A DNA stretch of 63,963 nucleotides, counting the filler, from Octopus bimaculoides (lineage: Eukaryota): assembly GCF_001194135.2 (NCBI RefSeq). It is 5 parts of 5 records of this genome, joined end to end, with 100 filler letters (N's around TTAATTAATTAA, not from the genome) between each part and the next. Parts side by side here need not be neighbours in the genome. Positions count along the whole stretch, not along the records: positions 1 to 27,653 come from NC_068985.1; 4 more parts are not named here. One strand, given 5' to 3'. Both the position numbers and the translations under genes were made by a program. The notes under the pieces were generated by a model, which was given only the letters and a program-made list of their open reading frames with translations, searched no databases and was not told the DNA's origin. This document shows, piece by piece, positions 12,066 through 25,425 of the stretch. Positions within the stretch are counted from its first letter, which is position 1, and every line of letters starts with the position of its first letter.

Positions 12066-13665
12066 TTATAGCTTTGATTTCCCTTCATGATGAAGCCATT
12101 AAGAGCAAGAGGAAGATGACCTCAATGCACCCTAGTAAACATTCTTTTATTTCTTATGCATTTCTCCAAGACTGCCATTATTTCTGTGTTACCTTGCCTT
12201 TGCACATGTTGAACAGGTGTGCTTTGTTTGTACCCACCAACCTGCTGATACCTGGTGGTGGTGTCTTCTCTTTGAATCTTCTTTGCCACTTCTTAGCCTT
12301 TTCCATTTCTGATGTTTTCTTTCTTCCTTTATCCTTTCCTATTCTTGAGTTCCTTCTGTATCCATAGTATATATGTGTAGACAAAATCACAGCTTGTCTG
12401 TCTGTATAAGCCAGTGCTGTGTAATACCATAATTGTTTCTAAATTTGGCACTAGGCCAGTAACTATGATAAGTGGGTGTTAGTTGAAATCATTGATCCGG
12501 ATATTTAACTGGTATTTTATTTTATACACTCCGAACGGTTTAATGGCGAAGTTGAACACTGTAATAGAAATAAGGATTCAGTGAAATAAAACAAAGTTGT
12601 CTCCCTTAGCTGCTGTGACCTAGATCTGGCTACATCATTTTATATGAAAAAAGTTATAAAACTTTTCATATAAAATGATGTAGCCAAACAAAAGAGAACG
12701 TTTTTTTTATAACGATACTGATTAATGTATGTATTACTATTTCTCACAGGAAAAATTATTATTGGTGGTGTTGGTGATATGGGTAGTGGTGGGTTAGAGA
12801 CGACAATAAAAAATAAAAATAATAAAAGCTTGTAGTTAGTTGGGTGACAGGTGACCATTATTACTCCAAAAGCTACTCAAACTGCTTTCCAAAATACTAC
12901 TACTGAATCTTTCCTCTTAATGACTCTTTTAATGTTCACTTTTCTCTATTTTTGTATTTCATTCTGTGCACTGTGCATGTATTTAAGCTACCATTGCTGT
13001 CTTTCTATATTTTACTTATATATCTGCTGCTCTTTTTAACCTTTTTCTGATGAGATTTTGTTACATGAGCCATGTATACATTAAGCTCGTTATTATTGTT
13101 ATTATTTCAGTTGGAAGCTGTAATCATGTAAGGGTGAACAACAGATAAAGGTATTTTTCAAGGTCAAATATGAACATGACAAAACAATATTATTTTAGTG
13201 TTACTCTCTGTTCACACTTTTACAAACTTAGCTAACCAACCAACCTTCTTGCTCCTCTGTCCATATTATTATTTCTTACACTTGAGTCAAACTCCAAGGA
13301 GACCTGGAGTAGAGAGGGTGGGTCATTGATGAGGTTGCAAATGGTGTTGAAAGGTTTAGCAGACTGATTGATTAATTGAACAATTCATCAAACGATGATA
13401 AAACCAGTGTGTGCATTTATTATTGGCATAAAGATCCACTTGAGACACAACAAAATCTGCTTCAGTTCAAAAGTTCACTTCAAGAATCTTGCAAACCAAA
13501 TACAAAAACTATACATAGACCAGTTGGTGTGTTGTGTTCTTGATGCCTGATGTGTGATACACCATGCACCTGTTCAGGCAATGTCAATTTGAGGGAAGGT
13601 CTTCTGCCTCATAAACTCTTTACTTTATTTCCTACATATGTCTATCCTTTTTTTAATGGTACTGC

Positions 13666-13734
<69 letters not shown>

Positions 13735-14391
13735 CATACATCTCAAAAATAAGCACATTCTAAAGCATAGAGCAGTAATATATTTATAAATAGTTGAGTC
13801 TATGTCTAGTCATAGTGACCAATGATGACAAATGTAACTCTTCACCTCTGAGAGGCAGAAATCTGTTACAGTCATTTGGTCAGCAGGAGGAGGCCGTTTG
13901 CTGTTGCAGGGTGTATAATGACTGTTCAGTGTGAGGCTGAGAGAGTCATCTATGAGACTGGTGATACCCAGACCTAGAGACCATAGTAACAGCAGCAATG
14001 GATCATCTAACAATGTTGACGGTATTGGCAGCAGTGACAGCAGCAGAAACACCAGCACTGATGCCAATGACTCCAGCACCAGCACTATGGCCAGAGAGGA
14101 TGACCACGCCAACACCAGCAGCACTAGCAAGGCTACCAGTCCCTCACTCAATGTTACCAACTATGGCACCCTCATTACCATCAGCGACGGTAGTGCCAAT
14201 GCCATGACCAGGGATGACCACCACAATGACAACAGCCAGCCACAGCAATAACGCTGGACCCACGCCTTGTAATGATAACAGCACCAAAGGCAGCCTCAGC
14301 TACACTGGTGGCAACATAAACTTCTCCAAGCCTGGAGCCAACCCAAGTTGCAACAATAATGTGAGCACAACCAATACCCGATATATAGAAA

Positions 14392-14690
14392 TATATTGGG
14401 TCAGCCGGGACAGCCTTCAAGCAATGCCTGTACAACCACAGGTCCTCTTTCAAGATTTTTGAAAGATGGTTTATCACATCTCTAGCCAGCTGTGTGTGGT
14501 GCCTCAAAGATGAAGGGAGCCCATATGATACCAAGTGGAGGATCTTAGAGTGGCCGGAACCCAACATTCACAGGAGCAAACACTGCAAGCTTCGTATAGC
14601 TTAGCAAGCATGGATACTTAAAGACTCCTTGAAACCTGAATCACTGAGCACTCACTAGGAAATTTACAGTCCTTGTATCCATTTCAAATA
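14392..14690 (+). mobile_element. Penelope-like element GIY-YIG endonuclease 3' fragment
   Basis: Frame not listed in the track reads YIGSAGTAFKQCLYNHRSSFK...SLASCVWCLKDEGSPYDTKWRILEWPEPNIHRSKHCKLRIA*, like the PLE YIG...YNNHKSSF...IKWSI...SKRCNLCL pattern. Confidence 0.75.
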
Positions 14691-14974
14691 CTGCCTGCTG
14701 CAAGCATGGGATTCCCTGTTCTCTGATTAGACCTAGAAGGGTCCTTATGATCCAAAAGCATCTTTGTTTCCCCTCTTTTAGCTCACAAAACACTGGTCTA
14801 AGGTAGATAACCCATCCTCACTGATCCCAGATTGTTTATTCAAATAACTGTAACAGATTCCTGCCTCCCAAAGGTGAAGATTTACATTTGTCTCTGGTTT
14901 TAGAGTCTGACAAGATGTTCACTACTTTTAAATATATATATATATATATATATATAAATATATCAATCATCATC

Positions 14975-15300
14975 ATCATCTTCGTTTAACATCCTCCTTC
15001 CATGCTGGCATGGGTTGAACGGTTTGACAGGAGCTGGCCAGGCAGGAGCCTTCACCATGCTTCTGTGTGTGTTTTGGCATGGTTTTTACGGCTGGATGCC
15101 AACCAACCATTCTGTAGAGTGAGCTGATTGCTTATCATGTGGCACCCACACAGGTGGGGGTCAATTTGTGCGTGGTTTTTACAGCTGGATGGCTTTCCTA
15201 AAGCCAACCACTCTACAATGTGTACTGGGTTTTTTTTCTTAGTGTGTGTGACTTTAGCACTCATGAGGTCATCAAAGTAAAGGTTAAGAAAAAACTTTGC
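14975..15300 (-). mobile_element. Retroposon 3'-tail repeat ending in (ATG)n; related copy near 19270-19540
   Basis: catcatcatc...cgtttaacatcc...ccatgctggcatgggttgaacgg...; a similar ccatactggcttgggtt...ggcatggc segment occurs at 19.3-19.5 kb. Confidence 0.5.
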
Positions 15301-15423
15301 ATCTGAGTAGGAGTGTATCTGAGAGAGGGTGAGATAGGTTTATGTAAAATGTTGAAGGCTAAAGTACATATACACACACAGGTACATATATATACATACG
15401 TATGTGTATGTAAGGGTATACAT

Positions 15424-15458
<35 letters not shown>

Positions 15459-15555
15459 AGATAATAAAACAAATGGTTGATACCTTGTAGCTTACTGGTA
15501 AAGCATGATCACTTTCTCAGTGTTCATTGGTTAATGAGAGATGAATGACAGACGA

Positions 15556-15820
15556 TAAAAGAGTTTTTATTAATCACTACAATTGTTTCAACTCATCTAG
15601 CATCGATCCCTCACTGGTGGGATACTTAACAACTGGTTCAGGAGCATCCGACAGTGCAAATGTGTCTCTTTGGGTGGTAAATAGATATAACTTGTTAAAA
15701 TAACAGCTCCACAGTGTATCTTCTCAGGTCGCGTAAAAGAAAGCAGCAAATTAATTATCCCAACCATGAGGGATCAATTTTAGATGGGTCAAAACAGTTG
15801 TAGTGATTAATAAAAATTCT
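15556..15820. repeat. Diverged inverted pair (about 70-bp arms) with decayed hammerhead-like cores
   Basis: 15556-15625 is roughly 80% reverse-complementary to 15745-15820. Each arm has an eroded CTGATGA...GAAA-like layout. Confidence 0.5.
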
Positions 15821-16183
15821 CATATCTTCCATCTTCTGTCTTTCATTAACCATATATGTGTCTGTGTGTGTACATATATTTATAGAGAGTGAGAAAGTAA
15901 AAGGAAAGACAGTGACAGAGAAAGAGAGCAGTGTGACATCTCATTCACCCAAATACTACTACAAAACATCAAACTGAAAAGAGCATTGCTAACTATAGTT
16001 TTATTAGAGCAAGCTAAACTAACTATCTAACCATATATTACATTACAAATAAGTCTCTAAAAGTCTATTAAAATGCCAATCTTCATGCATTCAGCTGTGT
16101 GCCAGAATTTTAACTTTCATGACAGACATCATGGTGATTAATGATCTTCAGAAGTATAACTAGTCAGGTATGACATGACTCAC

Positions 16184-16249
16184 TTGTAAAACCTGTTCCA
16201 TAAGTAAGGTGCGTAGGTAATTACTAGATGTCTTTTGTCTATTTATATT
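16184..16249 (-). CDS. Candidate coding exon (NINRQKTSSNYLRTLLMEQVLQ)
   Basis: Acceptor ttgtcattgctag|AAT, strong donor CAA|gtgagt. 66 nt, single open frame, phase 0 to 0. Confidence 0.5.
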
Positions 16250-16281
16250 CTAGCAATGACAACATTAAAATACAGAACATA

Positions 16282-16503
16282 CAGGGCTGGCCAAAAGTCA
16301 CCTGACAGTAAATTAAACCCATTTAATTCCAAGATTTATTTATGTTTAACAACCGAATGAATTTAATAAAAGCATCTAAATAATGAAACATCATGAAAAT
16401 TGTTCAAATTGAAATCCTTCTTGAATGACACACTTTTCTATTTGAGTACAGATAGTATTTATGGAATTTTGATTTGCTGTCAGGTGACTTTTGGTCAACC
16501 CTG
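16282..16503. mobile_element. Tc1/mariner-type MITE (222 bp)
   Basis: About 33-bp TIRs (CAGGGCTGGCCAAAAGTCACCTGACAGTAAAT / ...GTCAGGTGACTTTTGGTCAACCCTG) with TA on both sides. Confidence 0.9.
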
Positions 16504-17599
16504 TATATTTGCATGAGGGATTCACAGAGTGTCTAGTTATGGGGGTGCCATTATATAAGTAATCTAAGGTTTGACAATTCAAATCATCCAGTCAGCATTG
16601 GTGTGTTGCATTCCTGATAAATAAACTTAATTTTAGCTTCTTCAGTTCCTTTAGCTGTAAATAGGCACCAGGAGGAGGTACTCCTCTTTATTACAACTAC
16701 CTGAGTATGGTTCTCATTGTTGCTTTAAACAATAGGTCTCATGGTTTTTGATGACCTTTCCTGTTAATTTCACAGATGTTATACAGTAAGAAACTACACC
16801 CCCAAGGCCAGCCTTCCTCTTCAGAACCAGAGAGTACTTCGGTTCTTATTAATTAACCTTTTATAAAGTTACATTGCTCAGATATCTGGCCTAGTGGTAC
16901 CCCTCCCCCTGCCACATACATTCTGGACCACATTCCAAAGAAGGCATATCCCAATGAATGTCAAGAGCACACCAACAAATTTTAACCTCTGACCCACAGA
17001 TGTGCATCTTACCTTCCAGGAACCACATTAATCCAGATGGAATACTTAGACCTCTGACTAAATAGAACTCTGGACAAATCAATTAGACCTCTAGGACAAA
17101 TAGTTAGACATCTGACTAAATAGATAGACCTCTAGACTAAATACAATACAGTAATCATGTCATTTTGAATTCACTTCTAACTGCTATCCACTTTGATTTT
17201 CAGCATTTTGATTATCAATAATACACTAGTGTTGATTAAGTTGGTTACAGTCATTTTCCTAAAAATGTCTTCTGCTTAAGGAATAACTCCTTGTAATCTA
17301 TCACATACAGAAAATGTTATTTAAAAACTTTTGGAGTTACAGGAACATTAAATTAATATCTGGTTTTCTGAAAAATAAAATATGTAAATAAATATTTGTT
17401 AAATTAACAAAAATAAGATAAACTAATTTCAATGAAAGTATGAAATTCCACTAAAGATACATTTTATAATTCCTCATTTTAATTGTCATAGTTTTAATTG
17501 CCTGCAGGAAGGATATTCCAAGTGGTTGACATTCTGATGAAGAAGGACTTAATCTGGAGTAAGGGTCACAATATGAAAAAGTGAGTGTGATTTGAGAAG

Positions 17600-18480
17600 G
17601 CCTGAGGAGTTATGTAGAAGTTATGAGAACAGATAGCTCTGAGGAGCAGAGGCCATTGTTGTAGTGATAGAAAAGGTAGAGATGAAATACAGCTCATCTA
17701 GGCGCTAGAGAGTGGAATGCCAGTTAGGTGAACCATCTTTGGATGTGGCCAAGAATATTCATGTGTGTGGCAGCAGTACTGTTTCACATGTGAGAGTAGT
17801 AGTGAAGGTCTCATCTCAGCTTTGTAATGGATTAGTAGTTGATAGATTATGAAGTACCTTCTGGTCCTGAAGGAGAAAGATCAGTCTTTGTGATGCAGTT
17901 TTGACTATATTTGAGGATGTGTTTTACCAGAAAAGAACCTGAATAATAATGAGACATAAGCATTTGAAGTGATCTTGAGTGGGTTTTAATTGTGTTATTT
18001 ATATTTGGAGAAGATCATTAATGTTTTCTTGATATATGTTGTGTTGAGAGAGACAGTATTGGCATGACATCCCTGGAGGATGTTTCCAATATCTCTGTGT
18101 ATGAAGTCAGTACAGTGCCTGTGGATGATACTTGTGAATGGAAGGTTAAGGAGGAGTGATGTGTGGTCTCATCTTCATAGAAGAAGGAATTCTTGGAGGA
18201 ATAACAGAACCAATCATTGCATAACACCAGAATTAATAAAGTGTATATCAGTGAGAGTTCCATGAGTATATGCCATGGATAGTTTGATTCAACAGAAAGC
18301 CACTGATCCAAAAGACAATGGAATCCATAAATGGGAAGTTTTACTTGGAGATTTGTGTGCAGCAGACTGTCAAAATGTTTTAGCTGTCATGAATATTGTT
18401 TACACCAAATTTTTCAAGGACAAGAACCTATTAATGAGTAACAAAGGTGAATATGTGTCCAGTAGGTTAGACTTTTGAGA
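17600..18480 (-). mobile_element. Degenerate CR1/L2-like LINE RT remnant
   Basis: Broken minus-strand frames resembling KAFD.VWH..LLSKLP.YG, INSGV.Q and FYEDETTHHSS (YADD-like). Confidence 0.6.
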
Positions 18481-20931
18481 AGCAGTATAGGTGGGGGTGG
18501 GGCATTAAAGAAGGAGAGATTTGTGTTATCAGGGTGTTGATGGTACAGATCTCAAAATAAATAGAAATTCAATAAGAACAAAAGAAAATAATTTTAAAAT
18601 ACCACAAATTCTAAGATTGTAAATTTTCAAATCCTGGCTAGTACTATGTAGGCCTACATGAATAAGACACCTGTTGATAATTGGAGATCAAAGTGATTAA
18701 AATATTGTCTAGATGATGTAAATATTGAAAATTTTTTAATTTGTGAAGTTGAGGTTAATTGTCCAAAAAATTCTAATTGTATTAAAAATTATTCATTTCA
18801 GATATTCAACCATTTAAAACAAATTTATTAAACAAGGATTATTAAAATAACTAAAACAATTTTTTGAAGTAAATAAACAATATTTAAGTTACAAAAATCA
18901 ATATTTTTACCATTATACTTAAAAATTACAGAGAAAATTATTTGACTTTTTTATGTTAATCCAAATACAGATAAATTAAGTATAGAGGAATGACAAGTTT
19001 TGATATATTTTCCCAAAATTACAACAAAGAAGTAGAAATGAAGCAAATAATTTGTGAAACAGAAAAAGATTTATATAACAAGAATTAACAATAATTGAAA
19101 CAAACAGAAACAGTGACTTATAAACAAAGAGATACAAGGGACAAGAAAGGTGAAATGAAATGCTACAAAAAGCAGAAATTTAATACAGTAAGAGATAATA
19201 TAGCAAAATAATTGGTCTCTTGAAGACACAAGCTTATAAGTACATGTCATAATTACAATTGTTATCTTTTCATGTTTGTTTTTCCATACTGGCTTGGGTT
19301 CAACAGATTATCAACGTTCAGGTTGGCTTTTATTTGGAATTACTGTCCTAGATGCATCAGAAGCTACATCTCCCTTCCCTCCGCCTCTCTCTCTCATACA
19401 TTTTGTTTTTTGGCATGGCTTCTGACCAGATGCTCTTTCTAAGATGAACCATTTCACAGGGTGTACTGGATACATTTTATCATGGCACCTCACCATGAGA
19501 GAGATTATCCTGTCTCTAGCAAGACTGAAGAATCCTATCTGTCTTACCATGTCTCTGTTAATTGGTCATGTCCTCAACAAAACTAAATAAAACCACTCCC
19601 TTCCATGTGTTGTCTTCAATGCATGTGGCTTTATGCCATAGGGAAGTTAAACTATCAGAAGGTTTATAAAAGTAGTAAAGAAAAGTGGTTGCCTCTATTT
19701 TTGTGTATAGGGGTAGTCTGGTATGATAGGAAATTTTGTTGAGAGATAACCCCGAGCCCCTTCTGATACCATACTTTAGTTGATTGGGTTGGCCTAGAGC
19801 TAATCAACAACAACAACAAATAAAATATAAGTTCTAAATTCTCATCCTTTTAACCTTTTGTTTGGCACAGTTCATGATTTCCATAAAGTAATTCAAAATA
19901 AATAAAAATATCAAACGTCCTCATGAATTTTTAAATTGTTACACATCAAATTTTCTCCCAGCTAACTCAATAACAACAAACACAAAGTGATGACATTGAA
20001 GCTTTGGACAATGAATTAGTAATAGTCATAACTAAAACAGCTGAAGACAACAGGGAAAACGTGTGATAGAAATAACAACAAACAACAAACAAATTGTTTC
20101 AGGAAACCCTGGCTATGACTGAAAAAGAAAAAAAAAACTGGAAATAAAGTGAACTAGACATAAAATAGAAATAGCAGAACTGTATAAAGAGAAAACAGTG
20201 TGATGACATAAAAAACTACATGAACATCTTAGAAACAATAATTCAATAAGGATGGAGTGAACTTAATTTTTCTTAAATCGAAAATAAACCAATTTGATCC
20301 AGGGCTGTACTTTGAGTTACTAATATAACTCCATATCTAGATTCCAATCCTTTATCTGTCCCCTGATAAGAGATTGGTACACCCAACTTCCTCTATCTTA
20401 GATAAAACTGCATGTATCAGTAACACAATAAGCTAAAATTAGTCAAAAGTATTTAGAGTATCTATAAAATTGGATAAGAAACAATGCGAGCCATAAGAAA
20501 TAACAACCAAATTTCTCTTAAATCACATATTACAGTTTTAATATAAGAAGGATACATTAGACAATGTAATCCTAGGTTACGAAAAGATGTGATAGTCACA
20601 GCCAGAACATCTTTGATCAGAGATTTGCTCCCTCAGAGTAGATCTGGAGTCAACTGGATTTATATGTTGTCAATGTGAGAAAAAAAGAAAAGGTAGTGCC
20701 TGTTACATAATTAATGATTTAAAGAAACAAAGACTGATAAATTGCTACGGTCTCCATCTTGTATTTGATTACTAATTATTTTTTTCAATAAAATACTTAA
20801 AGAAAACGTGACCATAACTTTTACAGAACTTCCTTCGTTGTTGAAGATAGTACACTTGTGTTCTTGTGATGTCTATTGACAAAGATGGGTTGGATTGTTT
20901 TGAGATTGATGAAGAGAAGAGAAATGATGTA

Positions 20932-21990
20932 TGAGGGTTGGTTGAAAAGTTCACTGGCTGACCACGATACTCTCATGGAATGTGAGCAAATGAGGTTCAT
21001 TTTTCAGCATAGACCTCCTTGGCAGTCTACACTCTTCTTCCATTGGTGTTGCAGTACTTGGATCCAATTAGTAAAGAAACTTTCATTCTATTAGTAAAAA
21101 AGTCAACAGCAGATATGACATCATCATCACTGTGACACTGGTTCCCAGCCAAGTGTTATTTCATGTTGGGGAACAAATGATACTCAGATGGGGCCAAATC
21201 AGAATAGGGAGTGTGATAAACCAATTCAAGGACACAGTCAAGCACAGTAGCCACTGAAACCAGGGATTTTTGTGCTGGAGCATTTTCCTAATGAAACAAA
21301 ACCCCTTTCATCAGTTTTCCTGGGTGTTTTATATCTTAATAACCATTTGTAACTGCCTTAGCAAGTTAGCATAGTACTCTCCATTGATAGTGTGGCCCTT
21401 TTGAAGATAAACACAATGACTTTTGTATCCTAATAAACTGAAGCCATCAGCTTCCCTGCTGAAGAAACGACCTTGGCCTTCTTTGGAGCAGGTGTGCAAA
21501 ATATTCTGAACTCTTTCACAGGATATGCTAATAGTATTGGCTATTTGATTTACAGTGAATTGTCTGTTATCCATCACCAAGTGGTGAACACAATCAATGC
21601 TTTCCTCAGTGGTGGCAGTTGCAGGACGTCCAGACCTTGGATCATCTTCAAGACTCTCCCTTTGTCTTCTAAATTCAGCTACCCAATTTTGCACTGTTGA
21701 TAAAGCTGAAGCATTATCCCTTAATGTAGCAACAATATCAGCATGAATGTCCTTGGAGGCCAGATCCTTTTTCTGCAGATACTTGATAAAACTACCATGC
21801 TAAATTTTGTTAATTTTCAAAAGAAGTCACGACTAGTTACATTTGAAGTGTTCTTTGAACAGTCAGATGTCAGTTTACCTGGAAAGAAACTGCCATTATT
21901 AATGAGAAGAGAGTTGAAATTAATGCGTGCAAGGTTTCACAGCTCTAGTATTACTCCTTCATAGTCAGCCTATGAACTTTTCAGTCCATG
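20932..21990 (-). mobile_element. Internally deleted mariner transposon
   Basis: WVAEFRRQRESLEDDPRSGRP and LQKGHTINGEYYANLL motifs. TIR cores TGAAAAGTTCA..GGCTGAC at both ends, TA at the left end. Confidence 0.85.
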
Positions 21991-24269
21991 GATGGACTTG
22001 TTTCAGAATGTTAATGAGTGAAAGTTTTTCAAGCTAACAGGAAAATTTTGATTTTATGTAAGCTAAAATATTTATGCAAGCAGCAGCTGTTCTGTTTCAG
22101 CTAATGCAAACAATATTCTAATACACGTCAAACTGGGTGTGAAACTATGTCAGTGCATAAATAATTTCTAACCTTAGTGAACAAGAGTCTGATCTTTCAG
22201 GTGTGGTTTTAGATACTATTAATGCATGTAGTTGCTTTGAAAGATTGTCAGAGACTAGGAGGTCCAGGCTTTGTTTCAATGTTGTAATACTTGCAGGTTA
22301 TTTGCAAACAAGGGAAGTGTAAATTTGTTGATGTGTTCCATTAATGTGTCTAACAACTGTGACTTGTTGCAGAATGAGGTCACCAATATGCTGTAAAATT
22401 ATATGGTTTACAATGCTGTCTTCTAATATGCAGTAAAGTTATATGGTTTACAATATCTTCTTACGGGCAGTATAGTCAAATGGGTTACAAATTACATTCT
22501 AATAGGTGGTATCCTTATATATGGCTCTCAATGACACCTTCTGATGGGTATTGTTGTTAGATATGTTAAAATTCTATCTTCATCAGAAACTGTTAATTAC
22601 TGAATTATTTGAACCCATTTTATTTCAGTTTTGGTAACTAATGCCCTGAAGAAAGACAAGAGTTTCACAAGGTTATGTTTTGTCACTCCTTTCTTTGGTT
22701 TTGTAAAAATAAATTTGCAAAATAAAGTCAAAGAATAATGTAGGCTAACTTTCATTGGAAGGGAAGCGTAGGTTTATAAACTACAAAGAATCTGGTGCTT
22801 AATACAATTAAGGGGACTTTGACTAAATAACCTCTTGTTATAAAGCATTTGAGTTTCTAGGCCCTAATTATAACATTGAAAAACATTTCAGAAGTGACCC
22901 TCAGGTTTTGGATATGAAATTTTATCACACTCAAATATCTCAATATATTGACATATTCAAGGTATCTTGACACTTATAGGAGGGTCTATCTTATTTTAGG
23001 AATATATTTTTTTAAAGCTTCCAATATGCTGACACATTTATGTCTGTGGCAGGGTGAGGCTCAATGATACATATCATTATGTTGTGGGGTCATCAATGAT
23101 CAACTGTGATCACTTAAATAGAGGATTTTCTTTTATCAATTCCTGGAACTGGTGTATGTATGTGTGTGTGTGTATTTATGTATGAATGAATGTAGAAGGT
23201 TTAGATTTAGATTCAAAAATTGAATATGGTACTTATGTTTAGGCACCAGAATATAGTATGGTATGGTATTATACAAAAACCATTCCAAAAAACGAGGTGA
23301 TCAAAAATTCAAAATAAGCAACACAGATTTTAAAGATGATTGCAGTACGCACGTTTCATGCTACTCCATTTATTTAAGTAATGCGAGCATTACATTAAAT
23401 GCAATATGTAGAGCAATCTTCAGCTGCACAAAAATGCAGAAAATTACAGTAGAATAAGACATATTATAATTGTGGCAACATTTCAAATCCAAGTGGGAAG
23501 AAGAATACATAAAAATCCACCTTGACATAGCCAAGGCTNNNNNNNNNNNNNNNNNNNNNNNNNNNNNNNNNNNNNNNNNNNNNNNNNNNNNNNNNNNNNN
23601 NNNNNNNNNNNNNNNNNNNNNNNNNNNNNNNNNNNNNNNNNNNNNNNNNNNNNNNNNNNNNNNNNNNNNNNNNNNNNNNNNNNNNNNNNNNNNNNNNNNN
23701 NNNNNNNNNNNNNNNNNNNNNNNNNATCACTTCTAAGGAAAGGGAAGGTGTAAGCATTATGCATGGACATGGCTATAAAGGATATGGTTATAAAGGTTTC
23801 TCTGGTCAGAGTGGCAACACTATTATAGGTTGGGTTTTTTTTACTACTATCAAAATGTTGAGGAATTAAACCCTAAGCATATAGGTCAAACAGGGCTTTT
23901 TCTTTAGTCTGAATAGAGCATCAATATTGTTATACAGATATCAATATTAGTTTAAACAATATTTTAATAATAAGAAGTATGTTAACAATAATAAAATGTA
24001 ATGTAATTAGTTTATACAAAAATCATGAAGTAATGTCAGTATTGAATTCAGAGGCTATAGATAAGGTGTAAAGTCCAAGGATATTATGTATATTGGGCTC
24101 AGGAAAAACTATTTTGAATTATTTTTTAAATGATTTAAAAATTTAAGCTGATATATATAATAATACTATTTTGAAGACACATAAAATTCTTCTTCACATT
24201 ATAAAAATATTTATGTATGTTTACAAGCACATGTCATGGCTATCTCTTTTTTTCTTTATCTTTCATAGT

Positions 24270-24900
24270 TATTGATGGATTCTGAGGTGACTGACGAGAC
24301 CAATTCTTGCTCAGAAGTTCCTTCCACAAGTGAGACAGGTGGTTTCTGGATGGAAGGTTCCTTCTTGGTTGTTCTTGTCTATCTTTTTTACACCTCGTTT
24401 TTTTGCTTCTTGTTTGGCAGTCCTACTGGTCTCAAAATATTTTAATCTCTCTTTCTGATGATGGATTTCCAGCATTTTTGATCCCGAGCACTTCTCTTCC
24501 TGCTCTGTATCAATATTACATTTCTTGAAAGGTGGTAAGCTGCAGAATCATTAGCATGCCAGGCAAAATGCCATCTTTACTTTCTGAGTTCAAATTCTGC
24601 TGAGGTTGAGTTTGCCTTTCATCCTTCCAGGGACAATAAAATAAGTACTAGTTGAACACTGGGGTCAATGTAATCAACTAACCACCTCTCCCAAAATTGC
24701 TGGCCTTGCACAAAATTTGAAATCAGTATTACATTTCTTGAAGCTGGCTTTCAGAAAATCTTTGAATCGTTTCTTTAACCCTCCTCTTCTTTGTTTTTCC
24801 TTCTTTTAGTTGGGAGTAGAGAAGCTACTTTGTATTTTGGGTTGTCTCAAACATTTTTAGAGAACACCAGTTTTCTCTGCTGTGGTCTGTAATTGAGGAA
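24270..24900 (-). mobile_element. RTE (BovB-like) LINE 3' end, interrupted by a SINE
   Basis: RGGLKKRFKDFLKASFKKCNID followed by the terminal zinc finger CLTCGRNF*ARIGLVSHLRIH. Confidence 0.8.
24530..24726 (+). mobile_element. SINE inserted into the RTE with a 16-bp TSD
   Basis: TSD TATTACATTTCTTGAA at 24514-24529 and 24727-24742. Same family as copies at about 12430-12570, 30372-30530 and 31893-31985. Confidence 0.85.
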
Positions 24901-25041
24901 GTGTATATACCTCTTTTGTGTTTCTTTGTTTTCTGATGTCTGTTTTTTTTCCTTATTTTTCCCTCTTTTCCTTTGTAAATTGTTGTTTTTCACTGCATTA
25001 TTATATTTTTCTGCATTATTATATTTTCCTTATTATATTTG

Positions 25042-25425
25042 TGGAGGCACAATGGCCCAGTGGTTAGGGCAGCGGACTCATGGTCATGGGATTGCGGTTT
25101 CAATTCCCAGATTGGGCATTGTGAGTGTTTATTGAGCGAAAACACCTAAAACTCCACAAAGCTCTGGCAGGGGGTGGAGGTGGCGAACCTTGCTGTACTC
25201 TTTCACCACAACTTTCTCTCACTCTTTCTTTCTGTTTCTGTTGTGCCTGTATTTGAAAGGGGCCAGCCTTGTCACAATCTGAGTCACGCTGAATTTCCCT
25301 GAGAACTATGTTAAGGGTACATTTGTCTGTGGAGTGCTCAACCACTTGCACATTAATTTCACGAGCAGGCTGTTCTGTTGATCGGATCAACTGGAACCCT
25401 CATCATCGTAACCGATAGAGTGCCA
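25042..25425 (+). mobile_element. Full-length tRNA-derived SINE (CpG-eroded copy)
   Basis: A-box TGGCCCAGTGG and B-box-like GGTTTCAATTCCC. Colinear with copies at 40051 and 47479. A related SINE follows at about 25450-25770. Confidence 0.9.

Noticed and set aside
13931-14300. S/T/N/D-rich 106-aa ORF
   Set aside because: Degenerate trinucleotide low complexity next to a PLE remnant; all frames look similarly biased.
18275-18478. Protein-like plus-strand 67-aa ORF
   Set aside because: It is the antisense of a degenerate LINE RT.
25042-25130. tRNA-like sequence, also at 40350-40438, 47780-47851 and 49322-49400
   Set aside because: These are SINE heads with A/B boxes, continuous with SINE bodies and lacking a full cloverleaf.
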